Assembly: GCA_963783575.1 (NCBI GenBank)
Contig: CAWAOD010000015.1
Span: forward strand, 96,001-160,000
Direction: 5' to 3'
Origin: an uncultured Spirochaetota bacterium
Lineage (GTDB): Bacteria > Spirochaetota > Brevinematia > Brevinematales > JAOACQ01
Length of the DNA: 64,000 nt
Positions within the stretch are counted from its first letter, which is position 1. Each line of letters starts with the position of its first letter. Below the pieces are notes generated by a model. The model was not told where the DNA came from and did no database searches. It was given only the letters and a program-made list of their open reading frames with translations. The translations under genes were made by a program, and so were the position numbers. Below are positions 11,118 to 22,002 of this stretch, in pieces.

Positions 11118-11837
11118 TTAAATTTTAGTTTTTATTTTTACTTTCGAATCGGGATGAATTTCCAGTGATTCTGAATATTCCACCTGATCAATAATGCATT
11201 TTTCACCGATTTTTACAATACTTCCCCGGACTGTTTTGACATCTGAATATTCAATATTAATCATATTCCCCTCAATTAATTCTGATTCCAGCCTTTCTTT
11301 CTTACCGAAAATTCCAAGGATAAAGCTGAAGTCAAAAAGACCGGAATGCTTAATGGAAATATCTTCCCCACCGATTTCCCTGGCATAGCAGTATCCCCCG
11401 AAAATCGCTTCAACTTTATTTGAATTTAAAAGCCCTTTAATTTTAAAGGCCCCCTTGGAAAGGAATTCCTCCGATTCAACACCTTCTCCGGAATATACAT
11501 AACCTCTTGATTGAATTTTATGGGCCTTAATTCCGCCTTCGGCTGAGAATCTGCCTCCTGAATGGATATTTTCAGCCTTTAATTGACCATCTACGCTTAC
11601 AAGCCCGGAATTATTTAATGATTCGCAGTCAAGATTTCCTTTGATCGATGAGGTTCCTTTGGACTTAAAGGTTTTAACCGAAACATTTCCTTTAAAATCG
11701 GCAACACCGCTGACATTAATATTTTCCGCATCAAGATCGCCCGCAACTTCACCCAAACCTGATATATCGACATTGCGGTATTTTCCCCCATTTACTTTTG
11801 CCATCCCTGAAATGCTTACATCATTATATCCTTCCAT
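11118..11837 (-). CDS. Polymer-forming cytoskeletal (bactofilin, YhbE/YhbF-like) protein
   Basis: Repeated beta-helix-type Gly/Val motifs (ISG...V.G), 'EIGGEDISIK', 'IEGNMINIEYS...VRG..VKIG..C.I..VEY'; follows a YhbD-like gene. Confidence 0.85.
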   Translation of the reverse strand: MEGYNDVSISGMAKVNGGKYRNVDISGLGEVAGDLDAENINVSGVADFKGNVSVKTFKSKGTSSIKGNLDCESLNNSGLVSVDGQLKAENIHSGGRFSAEGGIKAHKIQSRGYVYSGEGVESEEFLSKGAFKIKGLLNSNKVEAIFGGYCYAREIGGEDISIKHSGLFDFSFILGIFGKKERLESELIEGNMINIEYSDVKTVRGSIVKIGEKCIIDQVEYSESLEIHPDSKVKIKTKI

Positions 11838-11858
11838 ATTTATACTCCTATCTAAAAT

Positions 11859-12485
11859 TTATTTTATATTGTTTAGAATTATTCCCAGTTCTTTCGCCGT
11901 TTCTTCCAGATCAATCGCCAGTATTTCCCTTGTATTCCAGTCAAACAATAATTTTGAGTCCTGACCCGCGAGCAGGAATAATTTTTTCGGCTCCTTAATC
12001 AGAATGATAAATCTATAAGATGAGTCCTTTAAGGCTTTTGCCCATTTTTCCACGCTTTTTGCGGCATCTATGATGTCTTCTTCAGTCAAAAGCCTTTTAT
12101 ATTTACTCAGAACATAAATAAATAGAAGTTCAAAAAAGAGATAATACTGTTTATGATAAATATTTTTGAAAATTTCTATTATCTCAGGACTAAAATCTTT
12201 TATGTTTTTCAAAGCATCTCCGTCGAATACGCTTTTTGTCAGCCCAGGCGAGATCATATTTGCCAGCTCTTCGAGCGAATATTGATCCTTCAATTTCAGG
12301 ATTTCATTCACCCTGTTCAGAATTTTATCTTTTGGAAAAAAAGTTTCCTGCCCGGTATATGATGATTTTTTAATAAACCAGGATTCGGGTATAAGATTCT
12401 CCCTTTTCCAGCGGTAAAGCTGGCCATAGGATATTTTAGTCAATTGAAGCAATTCTTTTTTTGATATAAGTTCATTATCATCCAT
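11859..12485 (-). CDS. YhbD/DUF4004-family protein (putative MerR-like HTH regulator)
   Basis: 'LISKKELLQLTKISYGQLYRWKRENLIPESWFIKKSSYTGQETFFP'. Confidence 0.88.
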   Translation of the reverse strand: MDDNELISKKELLQLTKISYGQLYRWKRENLIPESWFIKKSSYTGQETFFPKDKILNRVNEILKLKDQYSLEELANMISPGLTKSVFDGDALKNIKDFSPEIIEIFKNIYHKQYYLFFELLFIYVLSKYKRLLTEEDIIDAAKSVEKWAKALKDSSYRFIILIKEPKKLFLLAGQDSKLLFDWNTREILAIDLEETAKELGIILNNIK

Positions 12486-12508
12486 TGAATTCCTGCTTAA
12501 ATTTTATT

Positions 12509-12557
12509 CGTAACAATGTTACGCTATTAATATAACATAACATTGTTACATTGTCAA
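12509..12557 (-). promoter_or_regulatory. Sigma70-type promoter with two palindromic operators upstream of the YhbD-like gene
   Basis: Minus strand TTGACA (12557-12552), 17 bp, TATATT (12534-12529). Palindromes CGTAACAATGTTACG (12509-12523) and TAACATTGTTA (12538-12548). Confidence 0.75.
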
Positions 12558-12624
12558 GGAAAATTTTAAATTTTTTCGAATAGATGTAACTTTTTAATAT
12601 GGAAGTATTAAGAATGATTCTGTT

Positions 12625-13542
12625 TTAATATCTATAGCCAAACTCAAGAGATCCGCTTAGCTGGAATGTTTCCAGTTTATAACCGATTGTTCCAAGCGGA
12701 CCGGAAGAACCTTCGTTATTATCTGCATAGCGAACCTGCGTCTGTGTGCCTGAAGCCGCGGTATATAAAAAATTGGCTTTTAGTTTAATAAAAAAATTCC
12801 GGACAAAATAATAAGAGGCTGCAGCGCGTGTTATAACCGATGTGCCGTAGCTATCGGCAGTTATTAATTTTGACCTCAGGATATGATTGTCACGGTCGCT
12901 GCAGATCGTATATGGAGAAAAGCCCAGCAGGAAATTTGCTGTAAATTTATCAGAAGCATATCCGCCGGAAAAAGCGAAATATGGTATATACTGCAACAAT
13001 TCATAAGTGGAGACTTTACCGGAGATATTAACGGTATTGGAATTATAGAGGTAAGTTTGGGATAAGTTGCTGATATCATAATAATAATATTCATATAATA
13101 ATCCGCAACCGAAGGCCAATGAAAATCTTTTAAAATGAAAAGTGCTGATCGATAATATCCCTTCGATGGAATACTGGTTTAAAGAAGAATCGGATGTTGA
13201 GAAGATTTCAAGAGAATTTGAGCTGGCCCAATCGGAATCCTCCATTTTCCCGGCTGATGACGTTACACTTTTCTTAATATTAAACTGAACTTGAAACAAT
13301 TTTAAAAAATTAATGTTAATATCCGTACTGAAAAGAAAAGTATTAAGCGGAAATTTAAGCTGGCTTAAATCATAGGGAATATTAATGTACGAACCATCCG
13401 GAAAAGTATCTTTCCCGCCGATTTTATATAATGTATACCCTGTCATTCCCTCCATACCGGTTGAAATAGTAAAATAGTCATCCTTGCCGAATAAAAAAGT
13501 AAAGCTTAAAATTAAAATCAAAAGAACAAAAATAATCCTCAT
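12625..13542 (-). CDS. Omptin-family outer-membrane protease
   Basis: Signal peptide; SQLKFPL, GKMEDSDW and DRDNHILR (catalytic Asp/His-like positions); C-terminal aromatic beta-signal (FGYRY). Confidence 0.8.
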   Translation of the reverse strand: MRIIFVLLILILSFTFLFGKDDYFTISTGMEGMTGYTLYKIGGKDTFPDGSYINIPYDLSQLKFPLNTFLFSTDININFLKLFQVQFNIKKSVTSSAGKMEDSDWASSNSLEIFSTSDSSLNQYSIEGILSISTFHFKRFSLAFGCGLLYEYYYYDISNLSQTYLYNSNTVNISGKVSTYELLQYIPYFAFSGGYASDKFTANFLLGFSPYTICSDRDNHILRSKLITADSYGTSVITRAAASYYFVRNFFIKLKANFLYTAASGTQTQVRYADNNEGSSGPLGTIGYKLETFQLSGSLEFGYRY

Positions 13543-13847
13543 TATCTAATATCATCCTTCAATGATAAACATATTGAATATTTTATAATTATTATGGAGA
13601 TAACACAAATAAAAAGTTCGCAAATCCGGCATCGAATAATACCTAAACTAAGCGATTTACATTTATTAAAACTATTCCCCTCCTTATCAAGGAGGAGAGT
13701 TATTATTGAATAAGAATCGCTCAGTTTAGGTAACAGATGAGATCGGATTCCATTTCTGTTTTTTATTGCGTAATATCATATCTGCGACTAAAATATACTG
13801 AACAGACAATTTTATTATTCTACTGTATTACAAAGGAAATAATAAGT

Positions 13848-15869
13848 ATGAATGAAAAGGCCGACAAAAATCATATACTTAATTTCCGGATAATTCTAAT
13901 CTACACAATTTTATCATTAGTATTATTATTGATAGGTTTATTTATCAGCGCAAAAAATTACTTATTATTTCATTCAATAGTTGAATTTTTCAGTATTATC
14001 ATTTCTTTCAGTATTCTTGTCATTTCGATGAATACCTTTTCATTCTCTAAAAATAATTATTTTGCTTTCCTTGGTTTAGCTTTCGGTTTTGTGGGCTGTT
14101 TCGACCTTCTTCATACTCTTGCATACAAAGGGATGGAAGTTTTTCCGGGGGGTGGTCCGAACCTGCCGACACAATTATGGATTATAGCACGCGCGATACA
14201 AAGCCTTTCCATATTATTCTCCTTTTATTACCTGACTCATAAAATCAGGATTAATCTTGTCTTATTTACATATATTGCGCTGTCGGCAATAGTACTTTAT
14301 ATTTTATTCAACCTTAAAATGTTTCCAATCTGTTATATCGATGGATTGGGGTTGACTTTATTCAAAAAAATAAGCGAATATATAATTTCCGGCATAATGT
14401 TGATAAATATAGTGTTTCTCTTTATTAACCGGAAGTTCTTTCAAAAACAGACGTATCTTATCCTTATAGCTTCATTTCTTGTTATGATATTTTCCGAGAG
14501 TTTTTTTACCCTTTATCTGAACGTTAATGATTATATGAACTTTTTCGGCCATTATTTTAAAGTCTTGTCTTTTTTCCTGCTTTACAAGGCAATGATTGAG
14601 ATAAACCTGAATAATCCTTATGAGACATTGTTTTATCAGCTTGATCAAAGCAATACTACGCTTATACAGAAAAACCTGGAACTCATAAACTTAAATAAAA
14701 AGCTTGAGCATATCATCCACCGGGAGAAAAAAATCGTAAAAGAATTAGCCGGGGAAAAAGACAGGGCCCAGACATATTTCGATATAGCCGGGGTAATACT
14801 GGTAGTACTGGATGTTAACGGCTATATAAAGCAAATTAATAAAGAAGGCTGCCTTCTTCTGGGTTATGAAAAAGAAGATATAATTAATAAAGACTGGTTT
14901 GCAAGCTTCATACCTCCGGATATTCAACAAGAAAATAAGCTTTTATTTTTAAATATGATTAACGGTACAGGGAATTTTTCAGGGCAATTTGAAAACAGGA
15001 TTGTCGGGAAAAGCTGTGAGGAAAGGATTATTGCCTGGCATAATGTGATCCTTTCCGATGAGCCAGGAAAGATAACCGGGATTCTGAATTCCGGACTGGA
15101 TATTACCGAACGGAGGTTGTCGGAATACAAACTGAAAGCTTATAATAATAAAATCAATTTTGAAATGAAGTTTGCTTCAACCCTGCAAAAATCATTTGAA
15201 ATTCCGGAGAAGATTGAGAAAAAAAACTTCTCAATTTATTCGAAATATATACACTGCGAAGAAATGGCCGGAGACTTTCTTGATGCCATTCATTTAGACA
15301 ATCATGTTTATATATTTTCGGCAGATGTTTCCGGTCATGGATTAATGGCTTCCTTATTCATCTTTATTATGAAAGCGATTATTAAAACCGTCCTGACTGA
15401 GCAGATCCCTGCCGGTCAATTAATGTCGCTGATCGGAAATGATATGAAAAAATACCTCATTGAAGACTACTTTGTAACAATGATTATTTTGGATATAGAT
15501 TTAAATAATGATAAATTATATTACGCTCATGCAGGACATCCTCCCTTCATAATCTACAATGATTATGAAGTAAGATTAATAACTGTTAGAAGTTCTTTCA
15601 TTTCAAACCTTATACCGGAACATTGGGAGAACAATGAAATTGAATTATATAAAGGAGATAAAATTTTATTATTTACCGACGGCGTCTTTGAAATCGAGAA
15701 AGAAGATAATACTCTTCTGGGAGTTCATTATATAATGGAATTTGTTAAAAATAACAGGAATTTAAATCCAGCGGATTTAATCAGGGATTTGATCCGTAAC
15801 ATAAAAAAGTCCGGGAACAGGGAATATTTTGATGATGATATAAGCATATGCATTTTTAAAAGAAATTGA
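13848..15869 (+). CDS. MASE3-PAS-SpoIIE/PP2C sensor phosphatase
   Basis: MASE3 motifs YLLFHSIVEFFS and DLLHTLAYKGM...NLPTQLW; PAS/PAC; AGDFLD, DVSGHG, FTDG, DDIS. Start moved to ATG 13848 (AAGGA upstream). Confidence 0.88.
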   Translation: MNEKADKNHILNFRIILIYTILSLVLLLIGLFISAKNYLLFHSIVEFFSIIISFSILVISMNTFSFSKNNYFAFLGLAFGFVGCFDLLHTLAYKGMEVFPGGGPNLPTQLWIIARAIQSLSILFSFYYLTHKIRINLVLFTYIALSAIVLYILFNLKMFPICYIDGLGLTLFKKISEYIISGIMLINIVFLFINRKFFQKQTYLILIASFLVMIFSESFFTLYLNVNDYMNFFGHYFKVLSFFLLYKAMIEINLNNPYETLFYQLDQSNTTLIQKNLELINLNKKLEHIIHREKKIVKELAGEKDRAQTYFDIAGVILVVLDVNGYIKQINKEGCLLLGYEKEDIINKDWFASFIPPDIQQENKLLFLNMINGTGNFSGQFENRIVGKSCEERIIAWHNVILSDEPGKITGILNSGLDITERRLSEYKLKAYNNKINFEMKFASTLQKSFEIPEKIEKKNFSIYSKYIHCEEMAGDFLDAIHLDNHVYIFSADVSGHGLMASLFIFIMKAIIKTVLTEQIPAGQLMSLIGNDMKKYLIEDYFVTMIILDIDLNNDKLYYAHAGHPPFIIYNDYEVRLITVRSSFISNLIPEHWENNEIELYKGDKILLFTDGVFEIEKEDNTLLGVHYIMEFVKNNRNLNPADLIRDLIRNIKKSGNREYFDDDISICIFKRN

Positions 15870-15905
15870 GAAAATAAACAATGGTCCGCTTATAAAATTA
15901 TTTTG

Positions 15906-17690
15906 CTATTTCCCGGAATTGATTTTTTTAATCAGTTCCATACCTATGCCTTCTCCTTCCATCTCTGCCTTTAATACCTTCTCTGTTTCTTCTTCCGGCA
16001 TTGGCTTGCTTAAGATATATCCCTGAATACAGTCGCAATTATTACTTTTAAGAAAATTAAACTGCTTTGTTGTCTCGACTCCTTCCGCCAGAACTTCCAT
16101 ATTCAATCCATGTCCCATCTCAATTATCGAATTTACTATGATGGCGTCCGAAGAGTTTTCATTGGTATGATTGATAAAACTTCTGTCGATTTTCAATATA
16201 TTGCAGGGAATTTCTTTCAGCCGGTTGAGAGAAGAAAAGCCGGTGCCAAAATCATCGATCGAAATCCTGAAACCTATTGACTGCAACTCATTTAACCTTG
16301 AGTTTGTCGAATTCATATCATCCATAAAGATGGATTCGGTTACTTCCAGTTCTAAAAATTCCGGGGAAACATGGTATAAATCTATGATTTGCATTAAATA
16401 CTTGACAAAGTCGGGCTTCTTAAATTGATTAATCGGCAGATTTATGGAAACCGGAAGGATTTTGAATTTAGCCTCCCGCCAATAGTTAAGCTGCCTGCTG
16501 ACTTCGTGAATAACCCAATCCGTAATAAAAGAAATCAAATGATGCTCTTCCGCGAAAGGGATAAAATCCTTCGGTGATATTATGCCTTTATCGCCATGAT
16601 TCCATCGAATAAGCGCTTCAAAACCGATAATTTTCCCGGAATTTATACTCATTTTAGGCTGGTAGTACATCAAAAATTCATTTCCATCCACTGCTTTTCT
16701 TATATTATTGATCATGAAAATTTTATCCAGCACATTTTCATTCATGGATTTCTGGTAGTATTGAAAGTTATTTTTACCATGTTTTTTTGCAAAATACATA
16801 GCATTGTCTGCGTATTTTAAGAGGGTGTCTATATTATCTGAATCTGACGGGTACAGAGCAATGCCTATGCTTACACCGGTAAAAATTTCATGGTTTTCTA
16901 TTATAAAAGGCTCATTCATGCTTTTTATGATTCTATTGGCCACAGTGGAGGCGTCTTCATATGTACTGATTTCGGTGAGAGAGACGGTAAATTCATCTCC
17001 TCCAAGCCGGGCAACGGTATCAATCAGTGTTTTTAAATTATTCCTCGCGATAATATCGATTTTTCTGATGGATGAACAAAGACGCTTTGCGGATTCCTGA
17101 AGAAGCTTGTCTCCTATATGATGCCCCATAGAATCATTTATCAATTTGAAATTATCCAGGTCAAGAAAAAGTACGGCAAGAAGTCTTTTATACCTGATCG
17201 CATGGGCCAGGGCATAACTCAATTGTTCTTTAAAGAATATCCGGTTGGGAAGATTTGTCAGCTGATCATAATATGCCAGATATAATATCTGGTTTTCCGT
17301 TGATTTTTTCTCTATCGCGTATCGGATAGATCTCTCCAAAAGATCACCGTCAATCTTGCCTTTTATCAAGAAATCGCAAGCCCCTTGTTTCATTGCTAAA
17401 AGATCAACCTCATGGTTATTCTCGCCTGTCAGCATAATAACCGGAATATTCCTGTTTTTTCCCATTACATCACTGATCAAATCAAGACCTGTCTTTTTTC
17501 CCAATTTATAATCAATCAGAAATAAATCATAAATGTCCTTTTGTATTTCAATTAATGCCCTTTCATAGCTGGAAACCCACTCTATCGAATATCTCTGATT
17601 TTTTACATCCGATATGATATCTTTGGTAATAGCATAATCTTCTTCATCGTCCTCGACTAAGAGGATCCTGATTATTTCTTTTGGTTCCAT
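15906..17690 (-). CDS. REC-GGDEF-EAL response regulator (diguanylate cyclase/phosphodiesterase)
   Basis: ILLVEDD receiver; RLGGDEF; FEALIRW and DDFGTGFSS. Confidence 0.93.
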   Translation of the reverse strand: MEPKEIIRILLVEDDEEDYAITKDIISDVKNQRYSIEWVSSYERALIEIQKDIYDLFLIDYKLGKKTGLDLISDVMGKNRNIPVIMLTGENNHEVDLLAMKQGACDFLIKGKIDGDLLERSIRYAIEKKSTENQILYLAYYDQLTNLPNRIFFKEQLSYALAHAIRYKRLLAVLFLDLDNFKLINDSMGHHIGDKLLQESAKRLCSSIRKIDIIARNNLKTLIDTVARLGGDEFTVSLTEISTYEDASTVANRIIKSMNEPFIIENHEIFTGVSIGIALYPSDSDNIDTLLKYADNAMYFAKKHGKNNFQYYQKSMNENVLDKIFMINNIRKAVDGNEFLMYYQPKMSINSGKIIGFEALIRWNHGDKGIISPKDFIPFAEEHHLISFITDWVIHEVSRQLNYWREAKFKILPVSINLPINQFKKPDFVKYLMQIIDLYHVSPEFLELEVTESIFMDDMNSTNSRLNELQSIGFRISIDDFGTGFSSLNRLKEIPCNILKIDRSFINHTNENSSDAIIVNSIIEMGHGLNMEVLAEGVETTKQFNFLKSNNCDCIQGYILSKPMPEEETEKVLKAEMEGEGIGMELIKKINSGK

Positions 17691-17742
17691 TATGTTTAAC
17701 CCCCTTTAAAAGTTAGCCGGCTTATGCACATCACACATATAA

Positions 17743-19829
17743 TTAATAAAACAATTGTTTGTTTTGTTTTAAAGGTAAATTAATATAAAAAGTAGCTCCC
17801 TCATTTTCTTTACCATGAGCGCTAATAGTGCCTCCATGCTTTTCTACTATTTTTTTGCATATTGCCAGTCCTATCCCAGTACCCGCATATTCATTGCGTC
17901 CATGAAGCCGTTGAAACAACCCGAATATTTGTTCCGAGTATTTTTCCTCAAACCCAATCCCATTATCCTGTATAATAATTGCTAAAAAGTTACCGATTTC
18001 TCCATCATGGATTTTATAATCAATAATAATTAAAGGGAATACATTGGGGCGATGATATTTTATTGCATTCCCTATAATATTTTGAAATAACTGCTTCATC
18101 TGCAGCGGATCAGCATCAATTGCAGGAATAATCTCACATTTTATTTCCGCTTTAGTTTCATTTATGATTATCTCCAGATCACTCAAAACCTCTTTTATTA
18201 TTTGATTCAAATCGACAGTTTCAAACGGTCTTGCTTTAGTAGTTACCCTCGAATATTGTAAAAGGTCCCTGATAAAATTACTCATTCGAATACCGGCATT
18301 GTTTATTCTTTCTATATATTCCCGGGCTTTTTCATCCAATAGGCTCGAGTAATTAGTTTTTAATCTCTCTCCAAAAAATTGTATTTTTCTAAGGGGTTCC
18401 TGGAGATCATGGGAGGCTGTATAAGCAAATTGTTCCAGTTCAATATTACTTTTCTTTAACCTATCGGAATATAACTGAAGTCTTTCCTCATGCTTTTTTA
18501 ATTTGAATGTTGTTTCATTAATTTGATTGATCATTCTTTGTAAGTTTGCCGTTGTATCATTTAACTGCCTTCCCAGTAAAATCAACGGATCATTTTGATT
18601 CTCCGTTTGTTCATCAACATCCAGCCTTGCTACAAGATCGCCTTGTCCGACTCTTGCCATATATTCGACATATTTTTGAACAGTCTTCTGCAGATATTGA
18701 CTGCGCTGTTCCAGGCTGTTTATGACTTCCCGCAATTTAGCCGTCATAATGTTAAAAGCTTTCGCAAGGCTCGCGATTTCAGCCGGCCCAACCACTTCTA
18801 CCTGCAAATCCATCTCGCCATTTGTAATCCGGTTTGCGGTTTTCATCAGGTTGACAAGAGGAAAAGCCAGCCTCTGTGCAAGATAAACTCCTATAAAACC
18901 GGCCATCAAAGCCACAATAACTATGAATACTATATTTCCAACAACATTCCTGATGACAGAGCCGTAAGCCTCTGCCACGGGCAGTTCGATTACCACGGCC
19001 CAATCAGGCATATTAAGAGGTAAATAGGTCCCGAGAACAGTCGCCCCATTGATTCCCTGAAATACATTTGGTTTAGACTCAGTAATAGAAGTGAGACTGC
19101 TGATAAATTCATGAACTGTCTTCAATTTTCCGACATTTTCTCCCCTTAAAACACGGGAGATATCACCGAACGCAATCAGCCTGCCATCCTTATCTACCAC
19201 ATAGGCCAGGCCTGTTCTGCCTATTTTTATGCTTTCCACTAAATCCCACATGAATTTCAGATTCACTTCCGCTATCAGTATTCCCCGGAAATCCCCAAAA
19301 ACATCATTTACCGGTACGCTTATGACAACCATCGGTTCACTGGTTATATTATCGACGTATACCGGACTTATATATCTCTTTCCCTGGCTGGTTTTAACAA
19401 GCAAATCGCTGCTAAAATGATCGTTAAGTTCGCCGGAACTTTCCCGGGACAAACGGGAAATTATAACGGATTTCTGATATTTTGAGTTTAATAAAACTAC
19501 TTGACGAAAAGCCGGGTTTGGACCCAAAAGATGATTGAGAATTCTATTCTGTTCTTCCTTCGAAGTAATAACCGGGTTTATAAGCCTGGCAGATGTTTCC
19601 AGAGCGATGAATATTTCCTGAATAAATCCGGTAACCTTATTCGCCGCGTTTTGAGCTATAAGCTGCTGCTGAGAAAAAACAATATTCTGCTGACCCGAAA
19701 ACTGGATATTGTTTCCAGGCTTCCTGAAACGATGAGTGATGCCAGGCTTAAAGTGACAACCGAAACAGCCAAAGTAATCGTCAAACTATGGCTTTTTTCA
19801 TTTTGTCTTATTTTCTTCCTTATACTCAT
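17743..19829 (-). CDS. Cache/HAMP sensor histidine kinase, split by one frameshift near 19694-19701
   Basis: ATG 19829 encodes MSIRKK plus TM1. One added base rejoins it to QQNIVFSQQQ...LLGPNPAF (2087+1 is divisible by 3). HisKA FAYTASHDLQEPLRKI; HATPase DNGIGF and GTGIGL. Confidence 0.88.
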
Positions 19830-19889
19830 CTTCTCAATCCTTTATAATATCTAAAACAAAACTGATTTATATTGAATTGCCGCGCAAAT

Positions 19890-20906
19890 CTACCGAATTA
19901 CTTCATTTGCCAGGCTCAGCATACTTTCACTAACCGTTAATCCAAGTTTTCGAGCCGCCCGGTAATTGATCTGCAGATAGCTGTCGGCTGAGGCAACCAT
20001 AATAGTGCCGGCTGGAGTTCCCTTAAAAATTTTATCGGCCAGAACCGCTGCCTGCCTGCCTACAGCAACGTTTTCAGTCGATACACCAAATAAAGACTCA
20101 TAGTTTCCTATTGACATTAGGGCACCGCCAACCGGAATCTTATGATCGGCAGCAAACTTTCCAAGCGCCGCAAAAGCATCAGGTGTTACTTCAAGAGGCT
20201 CGGGTATCATCAGGATAGCGTCCATTCCTATATCTTTCGTATTAAACTGTTTCCGGAGGATATCACTAATCTCCGCGGCATTATCAGCGGCTTTTTCTAT
20301 TAAAGTGACCCCCGCGGATGCGGCGGCGGGACGCAATACCTCCAGCTGAATGGAAACAATAGGGTACCCTCTCTGGTAGAATATCCACATCCGCCTTGCC
20401 TTTGGCACCAATTCATGCAGGATCTCAAAGCGCTTAATAGCCAGGTCCGGACCCGGGTAGCGGACTCCGGTAATATGACCGCCCGGTTCAGGTATACTTC
20501 TTACCAGGTCTACTCCTTCTATGTTGGCATTGGCAAAAACCAGGGGAATTTTTGTGCCTTCAATAGCAGCCTTTGCCTCTAAAGATACCTCAGTCGGAAA
20601 TGTTAAAATCAAATCAACCTTATCCGCAACAAATTTCTTAAGGATAAGCTTTTCCGTGGGAGGGTTAAACTGTGTTTTCTGTATATCATATACTATATTC
20701 TTGCCTTCTCTATATCCCAGTTCGGACATTTTAGCCTTAAAACCGTCCGATGTTTTGGCAAAATAATCCAGTCCGGATAAAATACCCACATGGTAAACTC
20801 TGGGTTTTGAGCCACACCCATTCAGAAGCAAGATAATCAAGACTGCTCCGATAAGCATTATCCAGCCGCTTATATTACTCTTTTGATAATTCACATAATG
20901 TTTCAT
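19890..20906 (-). CDS. ABC-type substrate-binding lipoprotein (ABC_sub_bind-like), paralog 3
   Basis: Lipobox LNGC; DGFK..M..LGY.EG, IPLVF, PGGHITGV, LADKIFKGTPAG, INYRAA. Confidence 0.88.
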   Translation of the reverse strand: MKHYVNYQKSNISGWIMLIGAVLIILLLNGCGSKPRVYHVGILSGLDYFAKTSDGFKAKMSELGYREGKNIVYDIQKTQFNPPTEKLILKKFVADKVDLILTFPTEVSLEAKAAIEGTKIPLVFANANIEGVDLVRSIPEPGGHITGVRYPGPDLAIKRFEILHELVPKARRMWIFYQRGYPIVSIQLEVLRPAAASAGVTLIEKAADNAAEISDILRKQFNTKDIGMDAILMIPEPLEVTPDAFAALGKFAADHKIPVGGALMSIGNYESLFGVSTENVAVGRQAAVLADKIFKGTPAGTIMVASADSYLQINYRAARKLGLTVSESMLSLANEVIR

Positions 20907-20948
20907 AGTATTTTACCCCCTGATTTAATTCTTTATTTTCTCGCTATA

Positions 20949-21959
20949 CTATCGGATGATTTCGTCTGCCTGGCTTAGTATATCCTCATTTATATGCCAT
21001 CCCATTTTTTGAATCGCTCTATAATTTATCTTAAGAGAGTTTTCCAGTGTGAGAACGGGTATTGCCCCGGCGGGGGTTCCTCTTAAGATTTTATCAGCCA
21101 GATAGGCGCTCTGTTTACCGGATTTGTACGGCTCAGGTGTTAGAGCAAAAATAGTTATATCACTGCTTGGGCCAATGAGAGGTATCTTATGCCTGAGCGC
21201 AAAGCCGGTGACGATTGCAAAGCCTTTACCCGAGACGGCGAGAGGCTCGCCTATAAGGATGATGGCATCCATACCGATGTTACCGGATTTTTTGCGCGCA
21301 TCTAAATCGGTTCTTATATCTTCAACATTCCGGAGCGGAACCTCTACTAAAGTAATGCCTGATGGTTGGGCTGCCGAGCGTAATGCGTCAATTTGAGCCT
21401 GTACAGTAGTATAATCTTTTTGATAGCTTACCCATAATTTCTTGACTTGCGGCATTATTTGATGCAGCACCTCGAGATTTTTAACATCAAGCTCCGAACT
21501 GGAGGACCAGCGAACTCCCGTTATATTTCCGCCGGGTTTTTGAATGCTTTCGACCAGATTGTTCCCCTCGGTGAAAGCGGCGGCAAAAACAACCGGAATG
21601 CGGCTTTTCATTGCGACAGCCTTTGCCTTGAGCGCCGCCCCGGTTGGCGCAACAACAATCAGATCGACCTTATCAGACACAAATTTTTCAAGTATTCGCT
21701 GCTGCTCTTCTTCAACTTCTCCTGTGGTTTTATGGATGTCAAAAACAATGTTTTTGTTTTCCACGTAACCGAGTTTAGCCATTCCTTCTTTAAAGCCATC
21801 AGGGAGCGGCGTGAAATAATCAAGGCAGGCAAGAATACCCACATGGTAAACTTTAGGCCTCTGGACACAGCCGCTTAGAAGCAAGATAATTAAAACTGTT
21901 CCAAAAAGCATTATCCAGCCGCTTACATTACTCTTTTGATAATTCTTACGATATTGCAT
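20949..21959 (-). CDS. ABC-type substrate-binding lipoprotein, paralog 2
   Basis: Lipobox LSGC; PGGNITGV, LADKILRGTPAG. Confidence 0.88.
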   Translation of the reverse strand: MQYRKNYQKSNVSGWIMLFGTVLIILLLSGCVQRPKVYHVGILACLDYFTPLPDGFKEGMAKLGYVENKNIVFDIHKTTGEVEEEQQRILEKFVSDKVDLIVVAPTGAALKAKAVAMKSRIPVVFAAAFTEGNNLVESIQKPGGNITGVRWSSSSELDVKNLEVLHQIMPQVKKLWVSYQKDYTTVQAQIDALRSAAQPSGITLVEVPLRNVEDIRTDLDARKKSGNIGMDAIILIGEPLAVSGKGFAIVTGFALRHKIPLIGPSSDITIFALTPEPYKSGKQSAYLADKILRGTPAGAIPVLTLENSLKINYRAIQKMGWHINEDILSQADEIIR

Positions 21960-22002
21960 AGTATATTACCTCCTGATTTAATCCTTTTATTTTCTCCCTA
22001 TA

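Noticed and set aside
13676..13706. CCTCCTTATCAAGGAGG hairpin, weakly echoed near 54876-54898
   Set aside because: Too short and degenerate to call a repeat family or terminator.
19501..19854. 117-aa plus-strand ORF
   Set aside because: It is the antisense shadow of the frameshifted 5' part of the histidine kinase gene.
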